Assembly (NCBI GenBank): GCA_963664015.2
Contig: CAXXLF010000002.1
Location: 736,001-800,000, forward strand
DNA: 64,000 nucleotides
Direction: 5' to 3'
DNA from: Candidatus Binatia bacterium
Lineage (GTDB): Bacteria > Desulfobacterota > Binatia > UBA9968 > CAXXLF01
Positions within the stretch are counted from its first letter, which is position 1. The number at the start of each line of letters is the position of its first letter. Shown here piece by piece: positions 61,009 through 64,000 of the stretch. Position numbers and translations under genes: made by a program. The notes below the pieces were generated by a model, which saw only the letters and a program-made list of their open reading frames with translations, searched no databases and was not told where the DNA came from.

Positions 61009-62075
61009 TGAATCAGCGCGTAAAAAAAGAAGTCACCGAGGATCAGGAAGGATTGGACCAATACCTTTGGCAACGCTGGATGTCAGGGTTATGGACCGTA
61101 GACCCGGCAGAGCGCCCCCTTGAGCCCAAGACCAAGGTCAAGCCTCACCTGTGGAAATGGGCTGAGGTCCATGATGGTCTTCTTCAAGCACGAGACCGGA
61201 TTAAAATAGCCAGGGGTAGTGGGGAAAGAAGGGTCATCCGGCTAGTGAACCCTGGACTCCAGGAAACAAGAAGAACAACTCAGACTATGCTCTTCACTGT
61301 GCAGATCCTCAACCCTGGCGAAGTCGCTCCACCCCATCGCCATTCCATTGCCGCTATCCGTTTCATATTAGAGGGCAAAGGGGCCTACACCACAGTTGAG
61401 GGCGAAAAAATAATGATGGAAGAGGGGGACCTCATTTTGACCCCTCAGGGGAGCTGGCACGAGCACGCCAATGAAGGTAGTGAACCGATGATCTGGATCG
61501 ACGGGTTGGATATCCCTCTTATCGAGTCGTTGCAGCAGGTTTATTTGGAGCCCTATGGGGAAGAGCGAATGGCGGTCGATAAGAGCCGTTATTCATCGAC
61601 AAATTTCGGCATAGAGCGGGCCGTGGTCCCCAATGGGAATGACGTTTCCCACCCTTTTCATTATCGTTGGCGGGATATCTATCCTTCCCTGCAACGCCGA
61701 GCCGAATTCGATCCCCACCCTTTTGAAGGAGTGGCCTTAGAGTATACGAATCCCCTCACCGGCGGATCCACCTTGCCGACCCTCGGTTGCTGGATCCAGA
61801 TGCTTCGGCCTCGGGAACGGACTCGGATCCACCGGCATACCAGCACCACGATTTACCATGCCTTTCGGGGCAGCGGCACCACAGTCATCAACGGAGAAGC
61901 GATCCACTGGAAAAAGGGAGACACCTTTGTTGTTCCCCTGTGGAGCTGGCACGAGCACGCCAACAGCTCGGGTAAAAATGAGGCGGTATTATTCTCCATG
62001 CACGATAAACCGGTGCTCGACGCCTTTGGGCTTTACCGCGAGGAGCAACAAGGCCCGTCTCACATGGGGCTCTGA
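61008..62075 (+). CDS. Gentisate 1,2-dioxygenase-like bicupin
   Basis: TGATG coupling; HLWKW, ERRV..LVNPG, PGE.APPHRH..AAIRF, WHEH, WIDGLD.P, Y.NPLTGG, HRHT. Confidence 0.88.
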   Translation: MNQRVKKEVTEDQEGLDQYLWQRWMSGLWTVDPAERPLEPKTKVKPHLWKWAEVHDGLLQARDRIKIARGSGERRVIRLVNPGLQETRRTTQTMLFTVQILNPGEVAPPHRHSIAAIRFILEGKGAYTTVEGEKIMMEEGDLILTPQGSWHEHANEGSEPMIWIDGLDIPLIESLQQVYLEPYGEERMAVDKSRYSSTNFGIERAVVPNGNDVSHPFHYRWRDIYPSLQRRAEFDPHPFEGVALEYTNPLTGGSTLPTLGCWIQMLRPRERTRIHRHTSTTIYHAFRGSGTTVINGEAIHWKKGDTFVVPLWSWHEHANSSGKNEAVLFSMHDKPVLDAFGLYREEQQGPSHMGL

Positions 62076-62092
62076 GAAGGAGTGGAAGCGCA

Positions 62093-63013
62093 ATAATCGT
62101 CTGTCTTTCTCCCGGGGGTCAAACGACAACCGTTGCCGAGTCTGCCTCGAACACGCTTTTTGTCGGCACTGCTAACGGAATCTATTCTTTCAGTAAAGTG
62201 GGAGACTCCTGGAAACCCACGGACCGCTTTTTACCGGGCAGCCACATCAGCGCACTCGACTTTGAGCCTTCAGGCGGAACGATATTTGCAGGTGTTTACG
62301 AGGGCGCTCCATCGGAAGACAAAGAACAATGCCCCTTATACGCCTCCACGGATATGGGTAAAGGCTGGGGGAAGCGGGATCAGGGGATTAATTATCCAAA
62401 TCTATTCACTCTCGGATTTCAGAAGTCCGGCGGACAAACTCGGCTTTATGCCGGAACCGAGCCGGGAAATATCTTTTTCAGCGACGATGGGGGCAAGACT
62501 TAGCGTCAACTTGAGGGAATTCATGAAGATGTCCATAGGGTCCTGATCTCACATTCAAATCCAGAGAAACTTTTCCTTTCCGGGTTGGGTGGCATCTGCG
62601 TCAGCCACGACAGCAGGACCACATGGGAAAATCTCACATCCAGCGAATTCAGGATCAGCTACCCCGATGTCCTTCTCATGCACCCCCGACAGGAAGAACT
62701 GATGTTAATGGCGGGGGCAAAGACCGTCCCAGGACGCTGGAGGACAACCCATACGGCGGATCCCCGGATAGCCAGAAGCCGGGACGGTGGAAGGCACTCG
62801 GAAATTTTGCAACAGTGTCTCCCAGAACACATCCGTGGAAATATTGAAGCCATGTCGATGAACGTATGGCACGATGGCTTTGCCCTCTTTGCAGGAACAA
62901 CCGATGGATACGTATTTTACAGCGATGACGAAGGCAACCAGTGGAAGAAGATCGTGGAAGGGCTCCCTCCCCTGTCTAAGGTAAGTCACTTTCGCTATCT
63001 GAAGGCATCGTAA
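62093..63013 (+). pseudogene. BNR/Asp-box beta-propeller protein pseudogene
   Basis: AAGGAG RBS then ATA where ATG is expected (IIVCLSP..LFVGT); S.D.G..W repeats; TAG 62501-62503 at an expected Trp; internal deletion. Confidence 0.7.
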
Positions 63014-63138
63014 GTGGCATTAAACCAAACGGAGTCACCCATGAGGATGGACTTGCTCCGAGGTGGTTTTCCTCGATATAAGAGAATCGCGCCAAAAACT
63101 CTCTGCTCCCTAGAATAGGGTCTTCGAGGTAATCCGTT

Positions 63139-64000
63139 ATGATTATCGATTGCGATACGCATATCATCCCCAGGAATGCCTTTGAATTTATGGATGAAGG
63201 ATCGAAACATCTCCGCCCCCTTCTCCATTTTAACGATCAAGGCCTATACTCACATTCGGATTTCTCCGCTAGGCCTCCTCTGATCCCCGGTACGACACCA
63301 CTTCCCTCCTTTGCAAAGTCTCGCGGCGGCTCCGGTACGGATCTGTTGGGGATGACGGATATCGAGACCCGTCTAAAGGACCTGGGGCGCCTTGGGGTAG
63401 ACCGGCAGGTTATCCTGCCCCAGTTCACGCCCTGGGCCTGGTCCACACTCCTCGAACCGGGTCTCGCGGCTGCATTAGCCCGGTCCTACAACCGCTCGAT
63501 CGTTGCGATTATGAAAGCCCATCCGAAAGAGTTCATCGGTGTAGCTCTGATTCCCATTCAAGACGTGGGAGCGGCAGTGAGGGCGGTCGAATGGGCGCGG
63601 GAGAACGGCTTCAAGGCGGTGGTGGTCGACTATACTTACATTGTTGAGGACCACCCCTATGGCGAAACCCTTGGAGAGCATCCCGAGCTCTGGCCGTTCT
63701 TCAAAAAAGTGGAGAAACTCGACATGGTGCTTTACCTCCACGCGGTTCAACACGGTCACCGGGCCTTCAACTTTCGGAGGTTCCAGCGAATTGGACTGGA
63801 TATCTTTGCCCCACACGATGGCCATATGACCCTGGTCTCCCTGATCACCAGCGGACTGCTGGATGAGGTCCCCCGGCTGCAAGTCGTGTACACGGAAGGG
63901 GGCACCGCCTGGATCAAGCCTCTATTTCAACGGCTGGATGCCAGATTCCAACGCAACCTCCCGGATTACTCTAGGAACGCTGGGACCTCGGCCAAGAAAC
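63139..64000 (+). CDS. Amidohydrolase_2 family protein (runs off window end; absent from ORF track)
   Basis: Own translation MIIDCDTHIIP...GVDRQVILP..RSYN..PIQD..LYLH..LITSGLLD.VPRL..TEGG..W, open to 64000. Confidence 0.88.
   Translation, partial: MIIDCDTHIIPRNAFEFMDEGSKHLRPLLHFNDQGLYSHSDFSARPPLIPGTTPLPSFAKSRGGSGTDLLGMTDIETRLKDLGRLGVDRQVILPQFTPWAWSTLLEPGLAAALARSYNRSIVAIMKAHPKEFIGVALIPIQDVGAAVRAVEWARENGFKAVVVDYTYIVEDHPYGETLGEHPELWPFFKKVEKLDMVLYLHAVQHGHRAFNFRRFQRIGLDIFAPHDGHMTLVSLITSGLLDEVPRLQVVYTEGGTAWIKPLFQRLDARFQRNLPDYSRNAGTSAKK

Noticed and set aside
2807-62503. Stop-codon reassignment or Sec/Pyl readthrough to explain the in-frame stops
   Set aside because: All three stop types occur internally, alongside frameshifts and deletions, and intact genes end with TAA, TAG and TGA

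Overview
Gene-dense bacterial catabolic region dominated by enzymes for small aromatic/heteroaromatic and organic-acid compounds. It encodes three xanthine-dehydrogenase-family (CoxL-like) molybdopterin subunits with only one FAD and one 2Fe-2S partner, three UbiD/prFMN (de)carboxylases, two atypical MDR (Zn-ADH-like) proteins, three amidohydrolase_2 proteins, several cupins, two MetE-C-terminal-like proteins, GST/MaiA, an LLM oxidoreductase, four paralogous EamA transporters and orphan ABC/TTT binding proteins. A few housekeeping genes (Maf, Dus, cyclophilin, SET) sit in the middle. This family mix resembles Candidatus Binatia-type deltaproteobacterial genomes (inference only; no marker gene in the window). 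The best candidate for an undescribed system is the co-directional cluster at 6178-18925: CoxL-like, a Cys-elbow alpha/beta hydrolase, CoxM/S/L-like, a tandemly duplicated [UbiD + non-canonical MDR] cassette, and a 60-aa Zn-ribbon protein. About a dozen pseudogenes or remnants (recQ, fic, cytochrome c, acyl-CoA ligase, Rieske oxygenase and others) and several families of short palindromic intergenic repeats are also present. I recognised no rRNA, tRNA, CRISPR array or transposase. All functional calls rest on motif recognition by eye; no searches were run.
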